In this document: one piece after another, positions 11,159 through 22,174 of the stretch
How positions within the stretch are numbered: the stretch's first letter is position 1
Layout of the letters: every line of letters begins with the position of its first letter
DNA from: Ascoidea asiatica JCM 7603
Lineage: Eukaryota; Fungi; Ascomycota
Length of the DNA stretch: 64,000 nt
Assembly: GCA_001600695.1 (NCBI GenBank)
Contig: BCKQ01000003.1
Coordinates: 1,494,526-1,558,525, forward strand
Direction: 5' to 3'
Notes under the pieces: generated by a model
What the model was told of the DNA's origin: nothing
The model's database searches: none
Seen by the model: the letters and a program-made list of their open reading frames with translations, nothing else
Made by a program: the position numbers and the translations under genes

Positions 11159-12772
11159 TCAGCCTTTTAAAAGATCATTTAAATCATCATTTCTCTCTAA
11201 TAAATCTTCGATTCTTATTTCAACTTCTTCAACAATTCTTTTAGACCAACCAGTATGTTTTTTACAGTTTTTTTTATTTTTCAAACATAATTCATCAAAT
11301 ACAGTTTCATTAATTTTTTCATTTTGACAAATTATACTATTTATATTATCAATATTAATTTTATTGGATTTGATTTCTTCTAGTATTTCATAACTTACAA
11401 TTTTACTTAAATCATAATTTTGTTCATCATTAATATTAAATTTATTAAAAAATTGAAATTGATTTAAATTAAAGATTTTATCATATCCACAAATTTCATA
11501 AATAAGCCTAGATTTTCTTTTTCCTTTATTATTTTTATTTTTTTTAACTTTTTTAATTTTACTTAAAATTTTATTTTGATTTTGAATTTCATCATTTAAA
11601 ATCTCAGAATCTTCTTTTGGATTAAAATTTATAATATCATTAATTAATTTATTTCTATCTTTAATTTCTGATAATAATGTTTTTTTAAAATTATAATAAT
11701 TAATTTCATTCAAATTTTGTTTAATTTCTGAATTTATAGTTTGAATTTCTTTTCTTATGCCTAATAAATCTTCGGGATCATTTATATTTTGAAATCTTAA
11801 ATTATTATTATTGTTATTGAAATCTGTTTGCAAAAATTTAGAATTCAAAATTGACTTTAAATCTTCAGATTTTATATTCATTTTATTTATTAAGAATTTT
11901 TTTAAATAATTATTGAATTCAATATCATTGAGAATTGAATTATTATTTTTAATTTCAATAAAATTATCTAACATTAAATTATCATTATCATTATCTTTAT
12001 TGTTATTATAATTATAATTATAATTATTTGAAATATCATTTGAATACAATTTAGATTTGATTTCTTTAAAATATAATAATCCATGATCTTTTGAACAAAA
12101 TTTACTATTTTTTGAAATTCTATTATAACAATTTTTTAATAAACATTTTTTCATAAATTTAAATTTTAATAAATTTTGTTTATCATTAAGTATACAATAT
12201 GGACAAAAAAATTTTAGAATTAAATCTTTTAAAAGATAATTAATTTTCAAACAAGTAAAATGATACCAATTAAGACATTTATCACAACATATCATCAATT
12301 CACCATTATCAGGTTTTTCACAAATACAATATAAAGAAAAATTATTTTTTTGATCAAAATGTTTCAAAGAAGAAAATGGTTTTAAAGTATAAATGAAATT
12401 ATCTTTGAAATAATCAATTTCATAAAGATCATTATTGATGATGGATTGATTTGATTGATTTGATTGATTTGATTTATATGAATCCTCAGTTTCAAATTCA
12501 ATAAAGTTAGTCGAGAATAATGATAATGAATTTGATTCATTATTTTCAATCAATAGATTTGAAGAAGAATTTTCAGTGATAATTAGTTCATCAGAACCAT
12601 TTTGGTTTTTTGAGTTTATGTTATCAGCGCTTAGATCATTTGGAGAATCTTCTTCTTCTTCGTCTTCTTCAGAGCTTGTATAATCATAAGAAAACCCAGG
12701 TTTATCAGATGAAGTCTTAACACTTTTACCTTCAACTCCTATTAAATCCTCCAATTCATCGTCCAAGTCCAT
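11159..12772 (-). CDS. SPP1: COMPASS/Set1C PHD-finger subunit Spp1 (Cps40)
   Basis: PHD finger YCICEKPDNGELMICCDKCLNWYHFTC...FFCPYC, then C..KNC...SKFCSKDHG, an ICGYD motif and C-terminal CKKHTGW. Confidence 0.88.
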   Translation of the reverse strand: MDLDDELEDLIGVEGKSVKTSSDKPGFSYDYTSSEEDEEEEDSPNDLSADNINSKNQNGSDELIITENSSSNLLIENNESNSLSLFSTNFIEFETEDSYKSNQSNQSNQSIINNDLYEIDYFKDNFIYTLKPFSSLKHFDQKNNFSLYCICEKPDNGELMICCDKCLNWYHFTCLKINYLLKDLILKFFCPYCILNDKQNLLKFKFMKKCLLKNCYNRISKNSKFCSKDHGLLYFKEIKSKLYSNDISNNYNYNYNNNKDNDNDNLMLDNFIEIKNNNSILNDIEFNNYLKKFLINKMNIKSEDLKSILNSKFLQTDFNNNNNNLRFQNINDPEDLLGIRKEIQTINSEIKQNLNEINYYNFKKTLLSEIKDRNKLINDIINFNPKEDSEILNDEIQNQNKILSKIKKVKKNKNNKGKRKSRLIYEICGYDKIFNLNQFQFFNKFNINDEQNYDLSKIVSYEILEEIKSNKINIDNINSIICQNEKINETVFDELCLKNKKNCKKHTGWSKRIVEEVEIRIEDLLERNDDLNDLLKG

Positions 12773-12944
12773 AATCTAACTGCACCAGAAACTACCTTAT
12801 TATTATTTTTTGTCTGTAGAAATGGCAATTGAAAACCTGCAACTAAACAAACATCAAACGATAATCAACAATCATAAACAAACAAATACAAACTTCTTTT
12901 GCCTCTTTCGCCTTTTGGAGATGGAAGCAGCAAATCATCGGGCA

Positions 12945-13050
12945 GAAGGGTCACGTGCTCTATTATATGCCATGAGATAGCGCTAAGCACGTTACGATAA
13001 ACCCATGTTGGCTGCCAGAGCCGAGAGCTTTATCTTATCATTATATAAAC
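12945..13050. promoter_or_regulatory. SPP1/RNY1 divergent promoter with Pho4/Cbf1-type and GATA sites
   Basis: CACGTG 12952-12957, CACGTT 12988-12993, GATAA 12996-13000, TTATCTTATC 13029-13038, then TATATAAA before RNY1. Confidence 0.5.
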
Positions 13051-13191
13051 ACTACAAAAAGAAGCTTCATTTGCTAACTCTCTTGAAGAAAAAGATTCAT
13101 TTCAATAGAAATTATTCTTCAATTCTCAATTGTTTTTGAGATTGATTGTTTGGTTTTATATAAGATTGATCTAAAGTAGTTTTTTCGCAAA

Positions 13192-14690
13192 ATGGTCAAT
13201 TTCAAAAATACACTCACAATAATATGTTGTTTAGTAATTAGTGTTAGTGCTTCTAGTATTTACAATATTAAAATAGAAGATTCATTGAAAAATCAATTTC
13301 AGAATCAGAATCAAAATGATGATAAACTTGGTAAATATAAAAATAATATTTTAAGTCAGTTATTCAATTTCAATCTATTCAATGATAATCATAGAGTTAA
13401 TATAAATGGTGATTATGAAAATAATTTCAATAAAAATAATCAATGTCCAATAGATATTCCATTAACATGTAGTAATTCATCTCCAATTGAAAATTCATGT
13501 TGTTTTGAATTTCCTGGTGGTATAATGTTATCTACTCAATTTTGGGATTATTATCCTCCAATTGGTGATAATCAAACTTTTACATTACATGGTTTATGGC
13601 CTGATAATTGTGATGGTTCTTATGAACAATTTTGTAATGAAAATAATCAATTAAATAATAATTTAAATTTAACTCAATTTTTAATTGAAAAAAATCAATC
13701 TGTTTTATTAAATAAAATGTTAAAAGTTTGGAAAAATTTTAATGGTAATGATGAAGAATTATGGAAACATGAATTTAATAAACATGGTACTTGTATTAAA
13801 ACTTTAAATAAAAATTGTTTAAATAATTATTATCCTTATGAAAATTTTGAAATTATAAAATTTTTTAATATAACTATGAATTTATTTGAAAATTTAAATA
13901 CTTTTAATTAGTATATCTATGAATATATTATATATTATAAAATTTAAATACTTTTAATTTTTTAAAATCAGAAAATATTTTACCTTCATTAACAAAAACT
14001 TATACAAAATTAGAAATTTCAAATGCTTTAAATAAAAATTTTAATAATTTAAATGTTTATTTTAAATGTAATAAATATAATGCTTTACAAGAAATTTGGT
14101 ATTTTCATTATTTAAAAGGTTCAATATTAAATCAAGATTTTATAAGAATTGATTCTTTAATGAATAATAATAATTGTCCTAATGAAGGTATAAAATTTCT
14201 TCCAAAAGGTTATTTACCACCAAATAAACCTCCAATAATACCACCAGGTTTACCAGGTAAAAAACCTTTAAATCCTAATAATAAAAAAGGTTATATAATT
14301 GTTGAAATTTTAGATAAAAATTCAAAAAAAATTTCTGATTATGGTTGTTTAATAAGTAATGGAAAATGGTTTAATACTAATATTAAATCTTGTGCTTTAT
14401 TTAATTTAAAAAAATCTAATTTTGGTGGTTATGATTTATTATCTTCTAAAGGAAATTGTTATTTAGATAAAAATACAAAACTTTTTATTTGTAATAATAA
14501 ATCTTCTAACTATAAAAATCAATTTGGTTTTGATAAATCTAATAATTTAATTAGTAATGGTGGTATTAATAGTTTCATTGCTTATCAAAAACCAAAATCA
14601 ATATCTCAAGAATCAATTTATTGGAATATTAAAAATAATGATAATCATATGACTTATAATTTAAATTTGAGATTTAAACAGATTGCTTGA
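13192..14690 (+). pseudogene. RNY1: Ribonuclease T2 (Rny1) interrupted by a 50-bp insertion; pseudogene, allele or assembly error
   Basis: Signal peptide, CAS I FTLHGLWPD, CAS II LWKHEFNKHGTC. TAG at 13909-13911. Removing 50 bp restores ...NLNTFNFLKSENILPSLTKTY...CNKYNALQEIWYFHYLKGS and joins ORF 14160-14690 (Rny1 C-terminal domain, GCLISNGKW). Confidence 0.8.
13889..13959 (+). repeat. 21-bp direct repeat AAAATTTAAATACTTTTAATT flanking a 29-bp AT-rich filler
   Basis: Copies at 13889-13909 and 13939-13959, exactly 50 bp apart. Confidence 0.9.
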
Positions 14691-14910
14691 ATAGTTAATT
14701 AAGCTTTATATTTAATATATTTTTACATACAATTTATAAATTTAGTACAATTTACCTTTTGATATGAACTTTAACGAAGAGTTCGGTAAATTTATAGTTC
14801 ATTTTATTTAAGTTATGTTCAATGTTAATAATAACAAATGTTCAAATATTTAATCTTACTTAGGAAATTAGGAATGCTTAATCAAGTGTTCAGGACCTTT
14901 TTTGAAGTTT

Positions 14911-15290
14911 TTAACAAAGTTGATAAATATTTTTTAAATTAAATAGTAAAGCTGAATTCATATTAGATTCATTCCTAAACATAATTATATCAACTCCCAA
15001 TGAAATCAAATATTTTAAATTAATCAATTCAATTTTTTCTATTTTTCCAGTACCAGTTGAATTTATTGGAGTTTGTAAATTATTTGATTCAAATTGTAAA
15101 ATATTTAAATTATTTTGCAATTTAGATAAAAGTAATGAACTTCTTCTTGTTAGAAAAGAAGTATCGAAGTACAAGCTCTAGCTTCTTCAGATAATGAATT
15201 TAATATTTGATCTTTCATTGAAACAATATTTCTTTCATTTTGAAGAAATATTGTTTCAACATATATTCTTTTATTGCCATTAAGATTCAT
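14911..15290 (-). pseudogene. Frameshifted relic, possibly ankyrin-repeat-like
   Basis: MNLNGNKRIYVETIFLQNERNIVSMKDQILNSLSEEARA, a frameshift, then NNLQTPINSTGTGKIE..LKYLISLGVDI..RNESNMNSALL, resembling the ankyrin consensus TPL..A...G..E.VKYLI..GAD.N. Confidence 0.3.
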
Positions 15291-15582
15291 CAATTGGAGT
15301 TTTTATGATAATAAAGCTTTAATCATAATTTTCAAATAACAAGGCAGAATTTAATTGCAATTATCGTGCCTTTGCAGGGTAACCCTCGCTTCTTCTGCTC
15401 ATCAGCCATGGCAGTAAACTGTTCTACTGCCAGCCAAATCGCCGCCACCGACTCAAGAAGAAGAATCAAAAACTGCAGATTCTTCAACTTCTCTACAGGA
15501 AAATAAGAATCAATTCAATTCAATTGAAATCATATTCAATTCAACTTGCAATTGTTAAATATAGACTTATCAATTTACTACA

Positions 15583-16577
15583 ATGGTATGTATTGTTTTG
15601 AAATATTACAGAAGTCGTTTCGTATCTTTTATCAAGTTCTTTCAAAAACTAACTTTTTTTTAATATTTATCCAGTTCAGAAATAATTATGACAGTGATAC
15701 TGTAACCTTTTCACCAACTGGTCGTTTATTTCAAGTGGAATATGCTTTGGAGGCAATCAAACAAGGTAGTGCTTCTGTTGGATTAAGATCAAAAACACAT
15801 TCTGTATTGGTAACTTTGAAAAGAAATGCAGAAGAATTAGGATCTTATCATAAAAAAATTATCAAAATTGATAAACATATGGCAATTGCTTTATCAGGAT
15901 TAGCACCAGATGCTCGTGTTTTATCGAATTTTTTAAGAACTAAAGCAATGGAAGAAAAATTAGTTTTTAATAGACCTATACCAATACAAAGAGCAGTTAA
16001 TTTATTAGCAGATAAAGCTCAACAGAATACACAAAGTTATGAATCAAGACCATATGGTGTAGGATTATTAGTTATTGGTTATGATGAATTAGGTCCTCGT
16101 TTATTTGATTTTCAACCTTCTGGTCAAGTTTTAGAATATTTTGCAAATGCAATTGGTGCTAGATCTCAAGGTGCTAGAACATATCTTGAAAAAAATTTTG
16201 ATTCATTCCCAAATTTAGATGATAATGAATTAATCAAAAGAGGTATTCAAGCTTTGAAACAAACTTTAAAAGATACTGAATTAACATCAGCAAATACAAG
16301 TATTGCTATTGTAGGTAAAGATGGTTTAAAAATATATGAAGATGATAGTGTGGAACCATTTTTAAGTGCTGATGCTGATGTTGATAATAATGAAAATGGT
16401 AATGCAGATGATGATACACCAATTGAATCAGAATCAACTACTGCTTCAACAGTTGTTGGTGATTCTAACACAGCAGAACCAAGTACTACTGTTTCATCTG
16501 CACCAGCTACTACAGCAGATGAACCTACATCGTCGGTTGTTCAAGATGCTGATGGAGATCAAAGAATGGATGAGTAA
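15583..16577 (+). CDS. PRE5: 20S proteasome alpha-6 subunit; exon 1 = ATG 15583-15585, exon 2 = 15675-16577
   Basis: Spliced product M-FRNNYDSDTVTFSPTGRLFQVEYALEAIKQGSASVG...RPYGVGLL; acidic C-terminal tail. The ORF-track start at 15546 is a TTG artefact. Confidence 0.95.
15586..15674 (+). other. Spliceosomal intron (89 nt) directly after the PRE5 start codon
   Basis: GTATGT donor, AACTAAC branch at 15647-15653, CAG acceptor; splicing yields the canonical MFRNNYD start. Confidence 0.92.
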
Positions 16578-17080
16578 AGTTAATTAAGCATATAACATAT
16601 AGTTAAATATTATTAGTGTTATATAATCAATAAGATATTATAATCTGATAATCTATTTCAATCTGTTCGGTAACAAAGGAAGCAATGGATGATTTATTCC
16701 CTTAACAATCCAATTGCAGTTTTCCAATATCACGATAATAATCATATATTAAAGTTGCTAGTACAGTACTAGTAAAGGAGGAGTTATTAGCACTACACTA
16801 CCATTACAGTACTAATCTCCCACTTTCTATGATGCTTTTGCGATTTAAAACATGAATATATTATTTCATACTATTTATTTATTCCAGTGTACACTATAAA
16901 AGACTCAGTTATCTCTTAAATTTTAATTTATATAATCTTATCGTATTATCAATATTATCAATATTATCAATATTATCAATCACTTAATTTTTTATAAATA
17001 ATAGCTTTTTTTATCATTTGAATATATCATTTGTGATTATATCAATATAATAATATATAATAAATAATCTTTATTATAAA

Positions 17081-17932
17081 ATGTTTCCCTTTGCAATTGA
17101 ATATCCTCCAGTTCCTCAATATAGTTTCTGGGGTAATCCAACTGCCACTATAGATTGGTGTGAAGAAAATAATGTAATAAGTCCATATATAACTGAATTT
17201 GTAAATACTTTAACAAATATTATTTATATTACAGTATCTTTATATTCTATTTATTCAGTTAAAAAAAATAAATTAGAACTTAGATTTCAATTAACTTTCT
17301 TAGGTTTTGCTATTGTTGGTTTTGGATCTTGGTGGTTTCATATGACTTTATTATATCAATATCAATTATTAGATGAATTACCAATGATATATGCAACTGT
17401 AATTCCATTATGGTCTTTATATTCAGAAAATGATGATAAAAAAATTCAAAAAAAAAAGGGAATTGCAATATTTGCTTTTGTATTAATATTTTCAATTTAT
17501 TATATTCTAATAAATAGAAATCCAGTATTTCATGAAATATTATATGGTTTAATTAATTTTTTAATTGTATATAAAGCTTATAAACTTACAATAAAAATTG
17601 ATAAAAAACTTTATAAAAATGAATTACAAAATCTTCATAAAACAATGGGTTATGGAGTTTCTATGTTTTCTGCAGGTTTTATATTTTGGAATTTAGATAG
17701 AATTTTTTGTTCTCAATTAATTAATACAAGAAGATTAATAGGAATTCCATATGGTTTTGTTTTAGAAGGTCATGGTTGGTGGCATATATTAACAGGTTTT
17801 GGTGTTTATTATTTTGTTATATATTTGGAATATTTAAGATGTTTTAGTCTTAATGTTCAAGATCATTATAAAATAACTTGGCATTTTAAAGTTTTACCTG
17901 AAGTTGTTTTAAGACCTTCATTAACAATTTAA
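17081..17932 (+). CDS. Alkaline ceramidase (Ypc1/Ydc1, CREST family), copy 1
   Basis: WGNPTATIDWCEEN, EFVNTLTN, GSWWFHMTL, QLLDELPM, LEGHGWWHILTG; 7TM-like hydropathy. Confidence 0.93.
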   Translation: MFPFAIEYPPVPQYSFWGNPTATIDWCEENNVISPYITEFVNTLTNIIYITVSLYSIYSVKKNKLELRFQLTFLGFAIVGFGSWWFHMTLLYQYQLLDELPMIYATVIPLWSLYSENDDKKIQKKKGIAIFAFVLIFSIYYILINRNPVFHEILYGLINFLIVYKAYKLTIKIDKKLYKNELQNLHKTMGYGVSMFSAGFIFWNLDRIFCSQLINTRRLIGIPYGFVLEGHGWWHILTGFGVYYFVIYLEYLRCFSLNVQDHYKITWHFKVLPEVVLRPSLTI

Positions 17933-18155
17933 ATAAGTTTCTCTCACTTTCTTTCAGTTTCAAAAATTAGACAAAAGACATAAAAAAAAAAAAAAACATA
18001 GAAAAAAATGCATAAATTAAGTATATAAATTATATATATATACATAAATATATATATTGTATAAATTAAATATAAATTGAATATAAATTAAATGTATAAA
18101 TACCTTTGATGATTATATAAAAAATTATGTAAATACTATAACTTCTCATAAATTT

Positions 18156-19940
18156 TTAAGCTAATTCAAAATCTAACCAACATTCATCAAATAAAGGTCT
18201 ACTTGTCCAACTATCTGCCATACACATCATAACTTCATCAGTTTTACCAAATTTTTTAATATCAATTCCACAATTATTTTTAAATTTTTCACTTTGATAA
18301 CCCATTAAAATATCACCATTAGTTTCATTTTCATTTAATACATAACACCAATCTTTTGAAATTGAAGTTTTAAAATTATAATATATAGCTGCAATAGAAA
18401 TTTTAATTTCTGTTAAAGCAAGATGCATACCTAAACAAAATTTTCCTCCAACACCAAATGGAAACATATAATTATTCATTTTTTTAATTCTTAAATTAAA
18501 TTCATCATCATTTTCATTTTCATCTTTTAACCAACGTTCTGGTATAAATTTATTTTCATTTGGAAAAATTTTTGAATCTCTTTGAAGTGACCATGGTTGT
18601 AAAGAAACAATTGTACCTTTTGGTAAATAATAATTATCATATAAATAATAATCAGATTTTATAATTTCTCTTGGTTCAGAACCTGGAATTGCAGAATGTA
18701 ATCTTAAAGATTCATTAATTATTGCTTCTAAATAAGGTAATTTATTTAATTCAAATATATCATTACTTGGTAATTTTAAATTATTATTTTTATTAATTTT
18801 TGAACCAAAAAATTCATTTAATTCTTTATTTAATTTAATTTGAATCATTTTATTAAATGGTCTTGATAATTCCCAAGTTATATAAGATAATGTAATTCCA
18901 GTTGTTTCATGACCAGCGGCAATATGATCACTTAATTCACTTGCAGCATTTAAACCTTTAATATTATTTTGATATAAAGTTTTAATAACAGGTTTAATTT
19001 CTCTTAAATTTGAATTAATTGAAGAATTTTCAAAATTTTCAACATTTTCAAAATTTTTAAATTTATAATTTAAAATTAAATTATCTGAATTTTCATCAAG
19101 ATATTTAATTTTTTCCCATAACCAATCTCTAATAAATTTTGAATTTTTTTTAATTTCTTTTGAAGCTACAATAGACCAAAATTTAGGTAATAAAGTTGTA
19201 TAAAACCACATTGAAGATTGTTGTCTATAACCATTTAAAACTAAATCTCTTTCTTTAATATTAGTTAAAAAATTAGTTGAAACAGATTCACCTAATTCAT
19301 AATAAGTTACAATATCCATTGCTAAAGCACTAAATAAATTATAAACATTAATACTTTTAAAATTTTTAATTTTATTATTTTTTAAAATAATTTTAAAATT
19401 TTTTTTTGATAAATCTGGAGTTTCTAAAGAAATTCCAGTTTTATAAATTATATTAATTAAATTTAAAATTTTATTATTTAAAAAATTTATTGAATTTTTT
19501 GAATATATTGAAGATTTTGAATATTGATTATTAATAATTTTTTTAAAATTTAAATGAATTTTATTATCAGTTGAAGAAAACATATTTGGTTTATTATAAT
19601 TTTTAAAATTTGAATAAAATTTTGATCTTGGTAAATTTTCTTTTAAATAAATTTTTTTTAAAAAAATTGGATCATTAATTGATAATTCAATTGGAGATAT
19701 TTGAATAATTTTACCAAATTTTAAATGTAAATTATTTAATAATTCATTTCTTTGTTCTAATCTTTGATTATTATAAATTGGAAATTTTGAAATTTTATAA
19801 ATTAAAGGACCAGGAAATTTTCTTAATGGATTTAAAAAAAATGGATAAATGAAATATGAATATATTAAATATGATAAAGTAATTGAGAATATTGAAAAAA
19901 CATAATGATTTAAAATATTTTGAATAATATCTGAAAACAT
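18156..19940 (-). CDS. Cytochrome P450 of unknown substrate (not recognisably Erg11, Erg5 or Dit2)
   Basis: N-terminal TM anchor plus PLRKFPGP hinge, I-helix DHIAAGHETT, K-helix ESLR, PERW, heme motif FGVGGKFCLG. First ATG at 19940 (track start is TTG). Confidence 0.93.
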   Translation of the reverse strand: MFSDIIQNILNHYVFSIFSITLSYLIYSYFIYPFFLNPLRKFPGPLIYKISKFPIYNNQRLEQRNELLNNLHLKFGKIIQISPIELSINDPIFLKKIYLKENLPRSKFYSNFKNYNKPNMFSSTDNKIHLNFKKIINNQYSKSSIYSKNSINFLNNKILNLINIIYKTGISLETPDLSKKNFKIILKNNKIKNFKSINVYNLFSALAMDIVTYYELGESVSTNFLTNIKERDLVLNGYRQQSSMWFYTTLLPKFWSIVASKEIKKNSKFIRDWLWEKIKYLDENSDNLILNYKFKNFENVENFENSSINSNLREIKPVIKTLYQNNIKGLNAASELSDHIAAGHETTGITLSYITWELSRPFNKMIQIKLNKELNEFFGSKINKNNNLKLPSNDIFELNKLPYLEAIINESLRLHSAIPGSEPREIIKSDYYLYDNYYLPKGTIVSLQPWSLQRDSKIFPNENKFIPERWLKDENENDDEFNLRIKKMNNYMFPFGVGGKFCLGMHLALTEIKISIAAIYYNFKTSISKDWCYVLNENETNGDILMGYQSEKFKNNCGIDIKKFGKTDEVMMCMADSWTSRPLFDECWLDFELA

Positions 19941-20302
19941 TATTAAGGTTAGGTTCTTAATGTTATTATAAGAAGAGCTTTTAATAAATTGAAATTGAAT
20001 CTTCAAGAAAAACCCAGTTTGTAGTCAAAGGAATATCCAATACCTTTATATTCTTTTTTATCATTATTATTAATATATATTCGAATAACTTTGATTTGAG
20101 TAAAAATTGGGAAACCGAGAAGATTGGCGCGTGGATATTCCAAATTGAGATAGAGAAACGAAGTTTGATTCGGCGATAAGAAAGAAGAATCTGTTGGTTA
20201 TCGGATTACAATGCAATATATTATATTATATTATATTATTATTGTATTATATTATATTATATTGGAAGCTTTAATAGATATAAAGAGAGATGTGAATGGG
20301 TG

Positions 20303-21082
20303 TTATAATGATTTCAAGGCATACATTTTAACAGGATATAATTCAGATGGTAAACCTTTTTGTTTTTCTTGAGCTATTAATTTCAAACCAGCTTCTTTAA
20401 ATATTTTTTTAAAACTTGAATCAGATCTAGTTACAGAACTATCAAGATCATCAAAATTATCAAAATTTGAATTATTTTCTTTAATTATTATTAAACCAGA
20501 ATCAGGTAATAAAGTTTTTTTACATTTTATTAAAAATTTTATTAAATTTTTATCATTTAAATGTCCAAGACACCATTGACACCAAATTAACCAATATTTT
20601 TTATTAATTGAAGGATTAAAATCTTGCATACCAATTGGATAAATTTCACCAATTTTATCTTTAATTTCATTATTTTGATTTATTAAATCATTCATTTCAA
20701 TTTTTATTTGTTTTATAAAAGATGGTGTAGGTTCTAATAAATCAATTTTATCACAAATTTTTATTAATAAATTTTTTGAAACTCTACCAATTCCAGCACC
20801 AATTTCAATACCATTTTTTTTATAATTAAGTTTTAATTCATTTGAAGATAATTCCATTCTTGTTGATAATTTTCTTAAAAATGTTCTAGATCCTATTATA
20901 TCTACTTTCGGTACACAAGTTGTTTCACCAAAACCACCAAGAACACCATCAACAGTTGCTGGAGTTGAATCCCAATATGAAATAGCATCTGAATAATTAA
21001 TTAAACTATCTGGACTTATTGGAGTACTATTATCAATTTCTTTTTTTTCAGAATTCTCTGGAATACTTTCCTTTATTGCCAT
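20303..21082 (-). CDS. TAE1: Alpha-N-terminal protein methyltransferase (Tae1/Ntm1)
   Basis: YWDSTPATVDGVLGGF, EIGAGIGRV, GMQDF, IWCQWCLGHL, IKEN, DSSVTRSD, LYPVKMYAL. Confidence 0.93.
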   Translation of the reverse strand: MAIKESIPENSEKKEIDNSTPISPDSLINYSDAISYWDSTPATVDGVLGGFGETTCVPKVDIIGSRTFLRKLSTRMELSSNELKLNYKKNGIEIGAGIGRVSKNLLIKICDKIDLLEPTPSFIKQIKIEMNDLINQNNEIKDKIGEIYPIGMQDFNPSINKKYWLIWCQWCLGHLNDKNLIKFLIKCKKTLLPDSGLIIIKENNSNFDNFDDLDSSVTRSDSSFKKIFKEAGLKLIAQEKQKGLPSELYPVKMYALKSL

Positions 21083-21482
21083 TGTTATTGAAATGTATCT
21101 ATTAGTTTTATTATTATTACTTATTGGTTATTTTACTTTTACTTTTACTTTTACTCTTACTCTTACTTTATACTTCTTGTAACACTTTTTTTGCTTCTTC
21201 ATGGAGCATGTTTTCTGCAGACGCGAAAAAATTCAAAACCACCAAAAATATTTTCAAATTTCAAATCAAAATCTTTGACGCCAATTACTCGGGTGTCATG
21301 TGATATAATGACTTTCATAAGAAAGATTCAAAATCATGGAACATCATAATAAATTATTATGATAATTCTAATAAGACTTTTTACAAAACTACGAAAGTAA
21401 ACTGATTGAATAATTATAATAAATTAAACATTTATTAAATACATAAAAGAAATATAAAAAAAAAAAAAAAAAACTATTAAAA

Positions 21483-21856
21483 ACTTGTCAGACTGCCATT
21501 GTTATCCATCCAAATAATTACTCCTTCCGAAAAAGTATGTAATAATGGATTGAAATCATTGCTCCTTTCTTAAAATATCAACAAAATACGGATATCTTTA
21601 CAAACGAAAGGCAAATTAAAAACAAGATATCCAGACCAACAAAGGATCACAGATAAACTAATTGAAATTCTCATTCAATGGATACAATGGTTTTCATCTC
21701 ATCATCCAAGTTGGATTTGATGGCTCTTTTGAAGAATCAAAGAGAGACGTGACCTATAGAAATGATCCTACTATTGAATTTGTTAGTAATTGAAACTATT
21801 AATATTATTATTATCATTTGAACCATATGGTAAGCTACTTACTGAAGTACGTCGAC
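21483..21856 (-). ncRNA. SNR17: U3 snoRNA (box C/D), intron-containing; exon 1 = 21856-21843, exon 2 = 21770-~21483
   Basis: Minus strand: GTCGACGTACTTCA | intron | TAGGATCATTTCTATAGG...CTCTTTGATTCTTCAAAAGAGCCA..AATCCAACTTGGATGATGAG...AATGGCAGTCTGACAAGT. This matches the budding-yeast U3 5' end, box A, hinge, box C' and terminal box D. Confidence 0.95.
21771..21842 (-). other. Spliceosomal intron (72 nt) in U3 snoRNA
   Basis: GTAAGT donor at 21842, TACTAAC branch at 21788-21782, TAG acceptor at 21771; inserted after nt 14, as in S. cerevisiae U3. Confidence 0.92.
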
Positions 21857-21904
21857 AAAGAAAAAAAAGGAAAATAAAATAAATAAAAAAGATGAGACTC
21901 TTTC

Positions 21905-21972
21905 TTCTTTTATAGCAAGTGTTCAATCTCAATTTTCACAAACTCTTTTTCAGAATGTTCACCAGTTACCCG
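21905..21972 (-). promoter_or_regulatory. U3 promoter: TATA box and Reb1-type site
   Basis: TATAAAAG on the minus strand near 21907-21914; TTACCCG at 21966-21972. Confidence 0.55.
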
Positions 21973-22174
21973 ACAACAGAACTTCTTTCCATTAACTAAA
22001 AGAAGGGCGCTGAAGAAGAAGGAAAACTCGTCAATAATTTATTAACAGAAAAAATAGGTCTATTTGTTAGGACAGCTGGGTCAAGGTATGTCCTATAATC
22101 CAATAGATATAATCTTTATATTTATACTGTATATTATTTATTGAATATTTATTAAGTTATTGATGAAGAAATAA

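Noticed and set aside
13911-14013. Intron explanation for the RNY1 interruption (GTATAT donor)
   Set aside because: Joining to the AG at 13971 or 14013 gives TAA and the wrong frame; no good branch point.
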